A DNA stretch of 64,000 nucleotides from Octopus sinensis (Eukaryota): contig NC_043005.1 of the NCBI RefSeq assembly GCF_006345805.1, positions 18,290,001 to 18,354,000 of the forward strand, read 5' to 3'. Each line of letters starts with the position of its first letter. Position 1 is the stretch's first letter. Positions 1 through 13,572 of this stretch are shown here, one piece after another. Below the pieces are notes generated by a model. That model was not told the origin of the DNA and searched no databases. It saw only the letters and a program-made list of their open reading frames with translations. The position numbers were made by a program, and so were the translations under genes.

Positions 1-380
1 CCCTGCACCAAGACAATGCACCAGAACAAGTTTCCATCCTGGAAACAATTACGTGACAGTGAAGGACATCAAAACTATCCCTCGCCTTCCTTACAGTCTA
101 GATGCTACTCCTCGTGACGTTTAATTGTCCCCCAGACTGAAGAAGAGGTTCGGCGCAGTTGTTTCGAAGACAGTGATAAGATAAAAGGAGTCCATGATAA
201 GATTCATAGACACCTTCACTTTGAAGAACCTCCATGAAGTCTTCTCGAAGTGGCTGCAGCACTACAAGTGCATTGAAGTCAAAGTGTCCTTCTTTGAAGA
301 TGACGTTTTTGTGCTTTTCTGAAATAAGTGTCCTTACTGAAAAAAACTCCAGAATACTGAAATGCACTTTGTGTGTATAC
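1..380 (+). mobile_element. Decayed mariner transposase 3' end with terminal-repeat remnant
   Basis: Hand translation gives LHQDNAP (from 3), PYSLDATP (cf. PYSPDLAP) and FSKWLQHYKCIEVK, with frameshifts and stops; TIR-like tail near 340-380. Confidence 0.8.
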
Positions 381-1222
381 ACAAACCCAGGCATGACCAA
401 ATCACTTCGCAATAAAGTCATATGTTAAAGCCCACAGCATATTGTTATTGGCAAGTACGTTTTACCCAAACCATGGATGGTCACAAGGCTGGTGAATTAA
501 ATATAATTATAAAAATAGAAACTGTTTTGGAAGTTGTTGGATGGTGTATCCTCATACCCGTTCCTCATTTCGTCAGTATTTTTGTACTCTATGTAGACCG
601 AATCTGACTCAATATTACGCTACGACTACAAGTGTCTGTGGAATATGCAACCGTTGCATTACTCAGTAATTCGTTGACTATGTAAATTAGTTGGTCGGAT
701 ATCTGTAAGTACTCATCGAAACCGACGCAGATATCCATTTACTTTTACTGTTACACTTATAAATATCACGTATAAAAGCTCTGCATTTAGAACTCGCTTA
801 ACGATACTCAATTTTAATGATATTTCGTAAATTAAAAGAAAAACAATTTAATAGTTAATTGCGCCAAATGAATGATAAACATTTCTAATGATTGCTTTAA
901 AAGTTTAATTATCACAATGCCCTTCGATAATGTGCGCGCAAGTGTTTGTTCTTTCATTGAATCACTCAATTACTTCGCATGTACAGAAATCAATAAAACA
1001 AAATGTCAACTAATGGAAGCATTTATTATTAGCAATCCTTTGTTAGGTTTCTATGAATAAATTTCATGTGTTTTATTTATTATAATTATAAATGCTTAAT
1101 ATGCTAACTTCTCTTAAAACACAAGATATATTAATTTATAGACTAGGAAAGAATTGTAGCAGTGACTTAGCATTCCGGTGAGATATGAATTGTAGATGTT
1201 AGGAAATATAGTCGTGTGTGAC

Positions 1223-1285
<63 letters not shown>

Positions 1286-1300
1286 ATATACACACACTTT

Positions 1301-1518
1301 ATAATTAGGGTTCAGCAAAGATTTGCTTTACCACATACCGAAGTTTAGAAATAGCAGCCAAAAAACCTTAGCTATTTCTTCTACTTTAAAAAGGGACTTC
1401 CAGAAAAACCAAAATACTGGGAGTCCCTTTTAAAATAGAAGAAATAGCTAAGTTTTTTTGGCTGCTATTTCTAAACTTCGGTATATGGTTAAGCAAATCT
1501 TTGCTGAACCCTAATTAT
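1301..1518. repeat. Fold-back palindrome (~103-bp arms, 13-nt loop) next to (TA)n
   Basis: 1301-1403 is the reverse complement of 1417-1518 with about 5-6 differences; loop AAAAACCAAAATA. A related single-arm copy lies at ~30128-30250. Confidence 0.9.
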
Positions 1519-1564
1519 TAAGTATTACTTAAGTTTACCGTGAAATGGTCCTTTTTCATGCCGA

Positions 1565-1602
<38 letters not shown>

Positions 1603-1686
1603 GGATTAAGCTTTTTTTCTACAGAAAAAAATTCCATCAGGAAGTGTGGCAGTATATTAAAGAACCTTTACGGTTAAAAATTATAA

Positions 1687-1811
1687 ATATCTTATAAGCA
1701 AGGGCTAAAGAAGATTATTCTAAAGCCAATATACCGATATTCCACATTTAATCCGCTTGTGGAATATCGGTATATTGGCTTTAGAATAATCTTCTTTAGC
1801 CCTTGCTAATA

Positions 1812-1817
<6 letters not shown>
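1687..1817. repeat. Near-perfect hairpin (50-bp perfect arms plus 9 bp, 11-nt loop)
   Basis: 1697-1746 pairs perfectly with 1758-1807; loop TTTAATCCGCT. A related sequence (AAGGGCTAAAGAA..ATTATT...GCCAATA) lies at ~50327-50360. Confidence 0.92.
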
Positions 1818-1841
<24 letters not shown>

Positions 1842-1847
<6 letters not shown>

Positions 1848-2627
1848 GGCAGTTTGTCTGTCTGTGTGTCTGTCAGGTTGTACCCTCACCCTGACCACGG
1901 CTTTCAACCGATTCTGATGAAACTTGACACACACATAGCCCAATGTCATAATTCAAAACTAACACAGCGAAAATTTTGAAAAGTTCCCCCAGTTCTGAAA
2001 AAATCAATAAATTCGACATGGGTCGAGAATCTAAGCTTTTTATATGCAACACATTTTCTACAGACTGTCTAGGGGACGCAACTCGACCTTTTTAACTCTC
2101 GGAACACGTGGTGTAAGTATCCCAAAATGTATAAAAATGTACAAAAACGGCAAAAAAGCGGGCAGCAATGTGAGTGACAACAACGAAAAAGTCAAAAGTG
2201 ACCAAACTGAACAAACGAATGGAAAAGGTTGTTTTGTGCACACGACAAAAGCGGTTTATAATAAACCAAGAAATTGCAAGTAGCGTCCGAGGACCCTTAG
2301 AGTACGTCAAAAATTTAAGGTAAAACGTTTGGGGTGGTAGTTATAAAGAAAGTGTAAACAAAAAATATATTCGAATAACTTGCGGCTGCAGCAGCTATTA
2401 GTAGAAGTGGCGGTGTTGGGGGTAAAGTCTCGAATGTAATTACTTCCTGGTAGGAATTGGTTGGGTTGAATTATCGATAGCTGTTTGATAGTTATTTGAG
2501 AGTGAAGAGAAGACATTGCAACCTACACATGCGCCTTCGTTCCCTAGAAGGAAAGGACTAGATTGGGATTAGTCGTTGCCTACTAGGGGCTCTTACATAC
2601 CCGGGCAACGCCGGGCTATACTGCTAG
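1842..2627 (+). mobile_element. Non-autonomous Helitron/Helentron-type element
   Basis: 5' GTCT/GT-rich tract and CCGATTCTGATGAAACTTGACAC motif; 3' GC hairpin CCCGG-GCAACG-CCGGG (2600-2615) followed by CTAG (2624-2627). Confidence 0.7.
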
Positions 2628-2650
2628 TATATATATATATATATATATAT

Positions 2651-2866
2651 CGTAAATCCAAAGAACAATAAATTAAATATCAGAAAAAAGAAAAAAAATG
2701 AACGTGAGGACGTGCACAAGAAATATATTAATTCGACGCTCGGTGAAAGGAGAGAGTTGTTAACGTTTCGAGCATAGCTCTTCGTCGGAAAAAGAAAGTT
2801 CAAAGAGAAAGAAGGAAAAATAAGGAAAGATCCGAAAAATCACCAACAGTCCACGTTCAGTTATGT
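2651..2866 (-). mobile_element. (TA)n-flanked short element with HHR-like motif (same family as 52931-53130)
   Basis: Homologous along its length to 52931-53130; both copies are bounded by TA microsatellite. Confidence 0.7.
2757..2793 (-). ncRNA. Minimal type I hammerhead-like motif, CCGACGA core variant
   Basis: Minus strand: TTTTT-CCGACGA-A-GAGC-TAT-GCTC-GAAA-CG-TT-AACAA; stem I is imperfect. Confidence 0.5.
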
Positions 2867-2897
2867 TATATATATATATTTATATATATATATATAC

Positions 2898-2948
<51 letters not shown>

Positions 2949-2952
2949 TGTA

Positions 2953-3170
2953 AGGCGGTGAGCTGGCAGAATGGTTAGCACACCGAGTGAAATTTTTAGC
3001 AGTATTTCATCTGCCACTACGTTTTGAGTTCAAATTCCGCCGAAGTTGACTTTGCCTTTCATCCTTTCGGGGTTGACAAATTAAGTACCAGTGAAATACT
3101 GTAGTTGATGTAATCGACTAGTCCCCTCCCCCAAAATTTCAGGTCTTGTGCCTCGAGTAGAAATGATTAT
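2953..3170 (+). mobile_element. tRNA-headed SINE, family A variant
   Basis: A-box-like GGTGAGCTGGCAGAATGGTTAG and B-box GAGTTCAAATTCC; body shared with many copies in the window. Confidence 0.85.
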
Positions 3171-3177
3171 ATGTATT

Positions 3178-3212
<35 letters not shown>

Positions 3213-3570
3213 ATGTATGTATGTATGTATGCATACATGTATGTATGTATGTATGAGTGTATGTATGTATGTATGTATGTATGGTATGTATGTATGTATG
3301 TGTGTGTGTGTGTCTATGTATCTATGTATGTAATTGTATATAAGATAAACTTAGGCCGAATTCGTTATACATGAGGAAGGATTTTTGGAGTACTGGCCTC
3401 AATGGGTGAATCAGCCTTACTGTATTGTGAAATACATTCAGTATTTGTACCCTTATTGGTACTGCAAATATTATGTCGGGTAGCGTCTTCTTGAAGAAAG
3501 AAAGCTCTGAATGTCTGATGTAGTAATCTTTAGTTTTCCTTACCTTCTCAACAGCATCGCCTACGTAAAC

Positions 3571-3762
3571 TCTTTACTCTTTTACTTGTTTCAGTCATTT
3601 GACTGCGGCCATGCTGGAGCACCGCCTTCAGTCGAGCAAATCGACCCCAGACTTGTTCTTTGTAAGCCTAGTACTGCTAAGTTACGGGGACGTAAACACA
3701 CCAGCATCAGTTGTCAAGCGATGTTGGGGGGACAAACACAGACGCACACACACACACACACA

Positions 3763-3839
<77 letters not shown>

Positions 3840-4005
3840 TATGACGGGCTTCTTTCAGTTTCCGTCTACCAAATTCACTCACAAGGCTTTGGTCGGCCCG
3901 AGGCTATAGTAGAAGACACTTCCCCAAGGTGCCACGCAGTGGGACTGAACTCGGAATCATGTGGTTCGTAAGCAAGCTACTTACCACACAGCCACTCCTG
4001 CGCCT
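3571..4005 (-). mobile_element. tRNA-headed SINE, family B (CORE-like centre, internal TA/CA tract, AAAGAGT tail)
   Basis: Near full-length match to copies at 14594, 49363 and 62429. Confidence 0.88.
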
Positions 4006-5689
4006 ATAGTTATATTTAGCAAAAACATACGAATGGGATTGTTGAGTAGCTCTTGTTACGTTGTTCAATGGGAGCAACTTGGTCAGAAAATATCTTTACC
4101 AAATCTAGCTATTTCAGCTTATATGACAGGGAAACCGAGTGAATCAACTTTCTGTGATCATATTGTCACAACATTTTCTGCACTATATTTTAAATTCAAA
4201 TGTTACAGAATTATTAATCAGCAACTGTTTGATATGATCTCATAATCCTTTCTGTCCACGTGTCTTCTGAACTCGTAACACTCTCAGTGGTATTGGTTGA
4301 AGCAGCTTCTAAAGAGCCAATAAATAATGCAAACAATATATTTATATTCTACTTCAATTGTGTTTTCTCCCCTGTTAGTTGTAAGACTTGTACGAAGCAA
4401 CTTGGTGTGTGAATTTGATAGTTCTCTTAAATGTGTGGCTGTCTCTCTCGTGTTTTTCCCATTAAGCAGCTTAGGGAAGATTATGCAGTTATGATAGTAC
4501 ATACATTTACTGTCGATCCGCTTTTCTTTCCTATAATACAACTAATTGAACTACCGTTCTTCCCGGATCTAAATTTATGATTTAAAGTTTTTCTATTTGC
4601 TTTTAGGAGATCGTTTCACATAAATATTCCTTCCTTTTAATATTCCAACATTCAACTGGAAAATAATTATTGTTCGTTCTTGTATTCGTTTTTAGTGACG
4701 GAATATCTCGTTTAAGATGCTGAGTACAAATATTATATTTATCAAATCTACCACACTTATATTTGGAATGTAAAATAATCTATACATTCCAATCAGTGTT
4801 TCCAACAATTTGGTTCGTATGCTGTGGACGTATTGCGCATTATCTTGGTTCATTAATGTTCGATACTCAGTTGTAGGTTATTGATATATTTCTCTAGCTT
4901 TATTGTCGACTGGGTGGCTTGCATTTCCTAATTCCATTACCAGGTGCATTCTATGTATACCCTGGATATTTTATAACAGATAACGGCTGCATACCGTCAG
5001 GTATTGATTGTCCATTACAAACTTATCTCATATTTTCATATAGTCTCTAGTGACACTGTCGATAACATTTAACATGCGACTGGCTGTTGTTTTCTCTAAT
5101 CTCGCTAAAATGGTCTTATATCAAATGATAATATAGAGAATTCTGGATATATTCCCTGCAATCTATAGCTTTAAATTGTTGTTACATTGTGAATATTCGA
5201 CTGGATCTATTTTATACAGAGGTATAAGCGGAGTGATGGTGGTAGTAGTGGTGGTTGCAGTAGTAGTAGTTTCTTTACAATTTATTGCTCTATTCTATGA
5301 AAGATTGTCACTGGTTGTGGATGTCATTTAAAAATTGACTGACATCGTTTAACGTGGAATAACAATTGCTGTCTGTGACAGCCATTTTCTTGGACAACAA
5401 AAATTGCTTGATTTTTGAAGCTATTTACTTGTGAAGTTGTTAAATATTTGGTGGATACTTATACATCGTGACGATTAGTTGTTGCATTCGGATATGGATC
5501 AGAAAGTAGAAAAAGTATCTGACGGTTAGCAAAACAGCAGGTCACAACATCGTACACTATTTCTAACATGACATTTGTGTCCATGACTGAAAAAGAAATA
5601 TTCTAGAATCAGAACCACCTAGACTACGAGAAGACATATGAGGATGTCTTACATACACAGGGACAAAACACATACACACATGTGATATG

Positions 5690-5805
5690 GTATAATATAA
5701 CATAATATAATATAATATAATATAATATAATATAATATAAATATAATGTAATATAATATAATATAACATAATATAATATGATATAACATAGTATAGTATA
5801 TAATG
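5690..5805. repeat. (ATAAT)n pentanucleotide tract
   Basis: Directly visible imperfect tandem repeat. Confidence 0.85.
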
Positions 5806-6970
5806 ATCTATCAGGTTATTTTAGCTTGAATGTCTTAGCTATTTACGAAAAGTTATGACAGTCGACAGCTATTTCGGTGTGTCCCAACAAAAATTACCAA
5901 TAAAAGGGGAAATTCTTGAATCATTATTCTATTAGAAGGCTTTGGCCTGAGATTTTCTGTTTGTAACTATATTTCGAAATGTCTCCGAATCTGCCTCTAC
6001 TCCAATAATTTCGTATTGTAATAGTCCAGTTATACTTCTCCCTTTTATACAGGTCTTTTCCTCTATAATGATTGTCACTGATGATATCCCGGCCTGGTCG
6101 AGCGTCTACGAGTGGCATATTCCATATGATATCGTACACCGATTCTGTTACGAAGATGCTTTATACAATACAATTTGTTTGCAGATGTCTATAATTCAAA
6201 TGCTGCCTATAAGTTTATCGAGAAATTTAATTCTGTAGTATTGAAATATTATGCAAAAGCCATTATATCGTTTCAGTATCACGGTAGCTACCAGGAGGGG
6301 ACGGGACCTACAGCTGCTACCAAGAGGAGGAGAGGACCTTCAATGTAAACAAACAAGAGTACAGTGATGTCTAAACAAGCTACAGAATTACTACTGTGCA
6401 AACAGCGCTCCCAAAAATTTATAATATCCCTAGTGAAACTCTCTTGAAGATCGTTACAAAACTACTGACCGAAAAAGCACACCTTAAGCGTTATTCAAGT
6501 AATATTCACGACAGCAACAGGCAGTTCAAACTTGTCACGAAGTCCTCATGAGACATAGGAATGGATTTTGGTCATATAATTGTTCATAGTTGACAATCAG
6601 AAGTGGAATAGTGGTGAGTTAGAAAATGAACGTTAATACCAATGGCGTCTGTCTTTACTTTATCAAATAATAGCTGTTACAAATATATCTGAAGGCCTTT
6701 CCAAGCATTCAAAAGATTCAGGTGTCATTCGATTTGTAACATTTCTATTAGGTGTTGCATAACATGGCTATCCGTAGTTAAGAAATCAAGAAATTTATTG
6801 AAAAATTCCAAGACGGAATGAATGTATGTGTTAGCGTGGAAGGAGGCTCTCTGAACACTTGCAGAAAACGATGCCCTTCGTTGCCACATTAGAATTATTA
6901 TTATTTCATATTTTTCGTTTAATTCTCGTAAACTTGTCAAAAGAACCTGTTTCCTCAGGCTCAAGTGACA

Positions 6971-6972
6971 AG

Positions 6973-7009
<37 letters not shown>

Positions 7010-7168
7010 ATTATATATATTATATATATATAAAATATATATAAAATATATATATATGTATATGTATATGTATATTATATATATATTATATATATAATAT
7101 ATATATATGCATATATATATATAATATATATATAATTTATATATATATATATATGGTGTGTATATAGG

Positions 7169-7202
<34 letters not shown>

Positions 7203-7307
7203 TATATAAATAATATATATATATATATTATATATAATATATATGTATATATAATATATATATATATATTATATATAATATATATAATATATATATATAT
7301 ATATGTA

Positions 7308-7390
<83 letters not shown>

Positions 7391-7447
7391 GTATATATAA
7401 TATATATATATAACTATATATATATTATATAAATAATATATATATTT
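6971..7447. repeat. Large imperfect (TA)n microsatellite
   Basis: About 480 bp of almost pure A/T alternation. Confidence 0.95.
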
Positions 7448-8476
7448 TAGTTAGTTAGTTAGTTAATTTGGCTCAAAAGCAAATAGCAAGGCCATGTAGG
7501 GGGACATGGAGTTAAGTACAGGGTGGTGTTCATGTAAAGAGTTCAGGCCACTTGAGGTCAAGGGAGGCTTTGAACAAAGCGGTCGTCGGCATCTTCACCA
7601 TCTCGTCTGGCAGCTTGTTCCACGGATCCGCAACCCGGACGGAGAAAGCTCCTCTCCTTCGATTGAGATGAAATCGTCGCAGGTAGAGCTTTTCGGAATG
7701 ACCCCGCAGCCGACGCTCTGGAGCAGGAGTGAAGAACAGCTCTTTCGAGAGGTTACACTTTCCGCTTATGATGTTGTGGGCGAGAATGAGATCACCACGG
7801 CGGCAGCGTTTTTCAAGAGAATAAAGGTCGAGCGTCCTCAGCCTTTCTTCGTAGGACAAATTTTTGAGACCATGAACCATGCGGGTAGCCAGCTTCTGGA
7901 CTCTTTCGAGATGCTGTATGTCTTTGAAGAGATAAGGAGAAGAGGCTTGAATCCCATACTCCAATATGGGTCTCACCAGCGGGACATAGAGTGGCAGGAA
8001 TATGGCTGCTGTGAGCATTCCGAATGACCGTCGAATCAAGAACAGAATTCCGCGTGCTTTGTCGGCAGCATGGACGCACTGGGCCGAAGGCGAAAAGGAG
8101 GAATCCACCAAGATACCTAGGTCCTTTACCTGATCGGTCCTCTCCAGCAGCAGACGACCCGGCTCGAAATCAAGTTGAGTTGCAGGAGTAGAGCCGACAG
8201 GCAGATGACAGCACTTTGACACGTTCAGACACAGGTCCCAATTGTTAGACCACTTCCAAATTTGGTGGAGGCATCGACGAAGATCCTCTATATTACCGCG
8301 AGGAGCGACCAGTTTGATATCGTCGGCAAATAGAAGGGTGTGTTGCGTGAGGTCGTCGGGCAAGTCATTTATGAAGACTAAGAACAACAAGGGCCCAAGC
8401 ACTGAACCTTGAGGCACGCCACTGCTCGCACTGGAGACGTCGGACCGCGAACCATAAACTTGGACTTGATATAAGA
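7448..8476 (-). mobile_element. 5'-truncated CR1/L2-type LINE, RT 3' half open, (TAAC)n tail
   Basis: ORF 7530-8603 contains SGVPQGSVLGPLLFLVFINDLP, LFADDIKL and RLRGH; the 3' tail reads (TAAC)n at ~7448-7464. Confidence 0.93.
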
Positions 8477-8673
8477 TGCAGCACGGATTTTTGTCAGTGA
8501 ACAGGTCACGGATTTTAGCGACGAAAATACTTTGACAAATTAAACTTAAATGTTGAAGTGAATCGAACGGCTTTTGTGTGTTTCTTAAATGGCTTATAAA
8601 CACCTTCCACGCTGCAATTGTTTTCGTTTCAGCACACGATCTCAGATCAAATTACTTGCTATGCGAGTACATC
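8477..8673 (-). repeat. Unclassified 197-bp repeat fused to the 5' break of the CR1-type LINE
   Basis: Nearly identical to 15014-15210 and ends at the same base (...AAAAATCCGTGCTGCA). Confidence 0.85.
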
Positions 8674-8702
8674 TCATATAATATATATATAAATATATAA
8701 TA

Positions 8703-8790
<88 letters not shown>

Positions 8791-8800
8791 ATATATATAT

Positions 8801-8985
8801 GCTTCGAAACGCGGAGTAGATAAAACAGGGACAACTGATGAAGGGGAATATTCTTTATGTTGCATGTCTCGTTTCTATGTTTGTTCTTTTTATTACGAAA
8901 ACTGTTCGTTTTGTATGTTTTTGCTTGTATGTTTTCGTTTCTCATTGTGTTCAAATTTTTTTTTATGTCCTGTACCCACCACATA
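8801..8985 (+). mobile_element. Truncated copy of the 21.5-23.1 kb repeat family, between TA-rich tracts
   Basis: Shares GAAACG.GGAGTAGAT, CTGA(T/A)GAAGGGGAAT, ATGTTTTCGTTTCTCATTGTGTTC and TGTCCTGTACCCA with the reverse complement of 21590-21770. Confidence 0.75.
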
Positions 8986-9049
8986 TGCATGTATATATAC
9001 ATATATATGTAGGTATGTGTGTATATGTGTGTATATGTGTATATATATT

Positions 9050-9084
<35 letters not shown>

Positions 9085-10129
9085 AACCCCTTTCATCACG
9101 AAGGGACGTAGGATTGCACCTTGGAAGCTACCTTCCGAGGATTAAGTCCGGGCAAGGTTGTTTGTGGAAAACCAGTCGCCCACCCATACACGTCTTCTTC
9201 CCCCACCTCACTGATGTTTGATGTCTAAGCGGAAGGAATAGCCCAATACAACTTTAATTTCCTCTCTTCTAAGTACACGTGTAATGCTCAAGAACACAAC
9301 ACAGACATCGGTCCGGAGATCGACCTCACAACATCACGATTATAAGCCCTACGCTCTAAACAGTAAGCAATGCGTTTTCACACACACATACACACACACA
9401 CGCACTCACACACACACACGCACGCGCGCACATATACATATGTGCGTGTGTGTGTGTGTGTATGTGTGTGTGGGTAGAGAGTGTTTATGAAATTTTGTAT
9501 TGAAAGAAATTGCTCTTTCTAGGGATGTCTTAGATCCAAGCAGTCGCCGGTTTATCGCTATATAGATTAATTTATAGATATTTTCATCTATTAGATACAT
9601 GAGAAAAGAATTTTAGTAATATAAGGAAAATGGAGAGTTTGAACACAGCAAAATAAATTTAGTTACATAATAGTCAATTTCATAACGCCTACCTACGTTT
9701 CGATATGTACCTTCATTCATATTTTACAATTAAAAATGTCATTATCAATTTAGAAGGTAAAAATCTCTTCAGGGCCAAAATTGACATATTCATTTACATC
9801 TTAATAGACGTAGTGTTCTCTACAGACAGAATAGTAGCATATGCGTTCGTGTGTGCCTCAACGTGTGTATCTTTGCATTCTATTCGATTACATCGCAAAG
9901 GATGGCAGTGTTCCTTACAGACTGACTGGTATTGCATGCATCTGTGTGTGTGTCGCGCATCAGCATGTTTGCCTTTGGAATTTGTTCTAAAGATAGCTAC
10001 AATTTAAACTTCGACCATACTGGACAATGGTTAGTTGTTCTGAAGATTTAGGTCATACTATCATTCTCCTCAATGGAATATAGATTCTTTTTTTTTTTTT
10101 AAAGTGACTGCTTGTCGCTTTGCTCCCTA

Positions 10130-10362
10130 CCTATTTCTTTACTACCCACAAGGGGCTAAACACAGAGGGGACAAACAAGGACAGACGAAAAGATTAAGTC
10201 GATTATATCGACCCCAGTGCGTAAATGGTACTTATTTAATCGACCCCGAAAGGATGAAAAGCAAAGTTAACCTCGGCGTAATTTGAACTCAGAACGTAGT
10301 GACAGACGAAATACCGCTAAGCATTTCGCCCGGCGCGTTAACGTTTCTGCCAGCTCGCCGCC
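10130..10362 (-). mobile_element. SINE family A, full length
   Basis: A/B boxes, AAAGAAATA tail and an apparent 9-bp TSD (AGGTAGGGA on minus). Confidence 0.9.
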
Positions 10363-10547
10363 TTTCCCTACCTGTTTACCAAGAGAACAAAATACAGATA
10401 TAAATATATAATACTAGCAGAGGCACACGGCGTGGCCTGGGAATGAAAGTTTTCCTTATATGCTGGAAAAAAATGCAACATATGTTGTATAGAAATTTGT
10501 TATTCTAAATTCAATTTATTCTGTAATTGGGAAATCAATTCTGAATT

Positions 10548-10569
10548 AATAATAATAATAATAATAATA

Positions 10570-10612
<43 letters not shown>

Positions 10613-10634
10613 GATAATGATAATGATAATGATA

Positions 10635-10666
<32 letters not shown>

Positions 10667-10667
10667 A

Positions 10668-10708
<41 letters not shown>

Positions 10709-10733
10709 AATGATAATAATAATGATAATAATG

Positions 10734-10813
<80 letters not shown>

Positions 10814-10825
10814 AATAATAATAAA
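10548..10825. repeat. Compound (AAT)n/(GAT)n microsatellite
   Basis: Direct inspection. Confidence 0.95.
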
Positions 10826-10889
10826 CGAAAATTTACAACTTTTATGGAATGAAATAAATTATACTACATATGTTGAAGGAAATTCCGTA

Positions 10890-11790
10890 AGAGCTTCTGG
10901 GTAGACAACATGATTTGTTTTCTGGTTTCAAATCATAGACAAATAAGTCTTGAAAACTACCTACTCTGAAGCACCCAACATAAGAAAACATGGAGCACCC
11001 AGCATGAGAAAAGCAAGCCAGCAGATTTGAAAGACTGACGTTGGGCTTTATTAACAGACATTGCAAAGCGATGTCACACAGAGAATTGTGTTTGTTTGAA
11101 CACAAATAGTATGTGTGTTGGATTTTGGGGAATTCAATGGAATGAAAACCTCTTCCCCAGAGGCACATCCAGTGATGATTGTATCGTCTGTCACATTAAG
11201 TGATAATGTCTTCACAATCAAATTCGTCTCATTGTATAAATTAGGATGATCTAAATTACTTAGAAGCATTATTGGGAAAAGTTTATGTGGTGGAGTTCCA
11301 AGTTTTGCACATTGGTCCCCGTGTAACAAAGCTCACACGCAAGTAGTGGAGGTGAGATTCAGTACTTTAGTTCATATGTGTGATGACTTAATGCATGTTT
11401 ATATTTTATTAGATCTTGTTTGTCTTGGAATGACTGTTAATGTCTGTCTGAAGTCTCCTGATAAAACTAATGTAACTCCTCCCATAGATTTATTGTTGCG
11501 TCTGATGTCCTGTAAGGTCTTACCAAGAGCTTCCATTGTATCTCAATGTGATATGGGGCATTCATACCAAATGATCAGGTGGCATTGGCACAACACTTCT
11601 GCTGAACCTAAATCTTTGGTTATGTTACAAATTGGACTGCCATTTGTGACTAGGTTTAGTGCTAATTTAAAAGCAGAATGAGCTTTCGTCCTCCTGGGAG
11701 AATGGTGGCTAGCAATGTCACAAATGTTTTACCTGTGACACCAGGGGCAGCAAGAAAGAAAATTTCTCTGCTTTTTTCTGGCGATTGTGG
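10890..11790 (-). mobile_element. Decayed Helitron Pif1-type helicase fragment
   Basis: Hand translation: FFLAAPGVTGKTFV (Walker A), HSAFKL, GGVTLVLSGDFRQTL, PPHKL..PIMLLSNLD, TGCASGEEVFIP and CFSH..YVGCFRVGS, with stops and deletions. Confidence 0.88.
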
Positions 11791-11817
11791 AACGCCCCAC
11801 GCATGCACGCATGTACG

Positions 11818-11861
<44 letters not shown>

Positions 11862-12038
11862 TACATACAGTATCAGATGAAATGAACGTGTATGTGTATG
11901 AATGTGTGTGTATGAGTGTGTGTGTATGAGTGTGTGTGCATGTGTGTGTGTGAGAGAGAGACAAAGAGTGAGTAAAGGGGTGTGTCATGTATACGTACAT
12001 ACATAAATAAATAAGCATAAATCTTTCTTGTCTGTATA

Positions 12039-12080
<42 letters not shown>

Positions 12081-12220
12081 TGAGTGCCACTTAGACACCA
12101 CTCTCTCTCTCTCTCATACACACACACGTGCACACATACATACAATAAAGATGTATGCCTATGTATTTATGTATGTACGTATACATGACAACACACATCT
12201 TCACATATACATAAATATAT

Positions 12221-12435
12221 ATTTCTTTACTACCCACAAGGGGCTAAACAAGGACAGACAAACGGATTAAGTCGATTACATCGACCCCAGTGCGTAACTG
12301 GTACTTAATTTGTCGACCCCGAAAAGATGAAAGGCAAAGTCGACCTCGGCGGAATTTGAACTCGGAACGTAACGACAGACGAAATACGGCTACGAATTTC
12401 GCCCGGCGTGCTAACGTTTCTGCCAGCTCGCCGCC
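12221..12435 (-). mobile_element. SINE family A
   Basis: Full head-to-tail match to the other family A copies. Confidence 0.9.
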
Positions 12436-12643
12436 TTATATACATAAAAATATACAAACGTATGTACAAAAACACACGAGTGCGTCTGTGACTGATTAAA
12501 ATTACGTAGAACTGAACAAGTCCAACAAAAAGAAAATGAATAAAATTTTTTTACGGAAATTAACGAAGTGCGGCGAGTTCAAACAAAATAATGCACATAT
12601 TTTTGGGACGCCCCATGTTGAATTGCAAAATTTTATTGAGATA

Positions 12644-12874
12644 TTTACTCTTTTACTCTTCTATTTGTTTCAATCATTTGACTGTGGCCATGCTGGAGCA
12701 CCGCCTTTAATCGAGCAAATCGACCCCAGGACTTATTCTTTGTAAACCTACTTATTCGATCTGTCACATTTGCCGAACCACTTAGTTCCGTGGACGTAAA
12801 CGCACCAGCATCGGTTGTCAAGCGATGCTGGGGGAGAAGGACAAACACAGACACACGAACACATGCAATTACAT

Positions 12875-12915
<41 letters not shown>

Positions 12916-13040
12916 TACGACGGGCTTCTTTCAGTTTCCGTCTACCATATCGATGCACAAGACTTTGGTCGACCCGAGGCTATAGTAGAAGACATTTGCC
13001 CAAGGTGCCACGCAGTGGGAATGAATCCGGAACCACACAC
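12644..13040 (-). mobile_element. SINE family B, 5'-truncated
   Basis: Matches the family B body and tail. Confidence 0.85.
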
Positions 13041-13083
13041 ACACTCTTACACCTATGTGTAACATCATATTTCATGTGACATA

Positions 13084-13140
<57 letters not shown>

Positions 13141-13572
13141 GAGAGGGAGAGAACAATACAAGCAGTGAATGAGATAAACATGGAAAGACTAAATCGTATC
13201 AATAAAGGCACGTTAAAAACTATCTTGTAGCGAATATTTAAATTTGTGAACTTAGTAAATATTTCTTTCAGTGATTCATGGTAGTTGTTTACAAATAGCG
13301 AATTAAAACTTGAGATGAAAACATTGGAATAAACAGTGAGAGACTTCGCCGTTTTTACGTCAATACCGGAAGTTGACTTTGAGAAACCTTTTTAAAGAAG
13401 TGAATCATAAATATAAATCAATATTTATTTTATATTTTTAATAAAAAAAGATTATCAATTCAAAAGCCTAACAAGTCGAATTATCCATGCATCACACGTA
13501 TGGAAGCAATCGGTGAAGCCGCTTTTTTGTGAAAAGCGAATACACACACATCTCTACTTTATATATTAGATA

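Noticed and set aside
98-421. 107-aa minus-strand ORF
   Set aside because: Antisense to the mariner remnant; no recognisable motif.
380-720. GPCR-like hydrophobic fragment on the minus strand
   Set aside because: A single short hydrophobic stretch among several stops is not enough evidence.
7506-8027. 173-aa plus-strand ORF
   Set aside because: Antisense shadow of the CR1-type RT.
7530-8603. 357-aa ORF as a functional RT gene
   Set aside because: Its first ~42 codons come from an unrelated fused repeat and the N-terminal RT motifs are missing.
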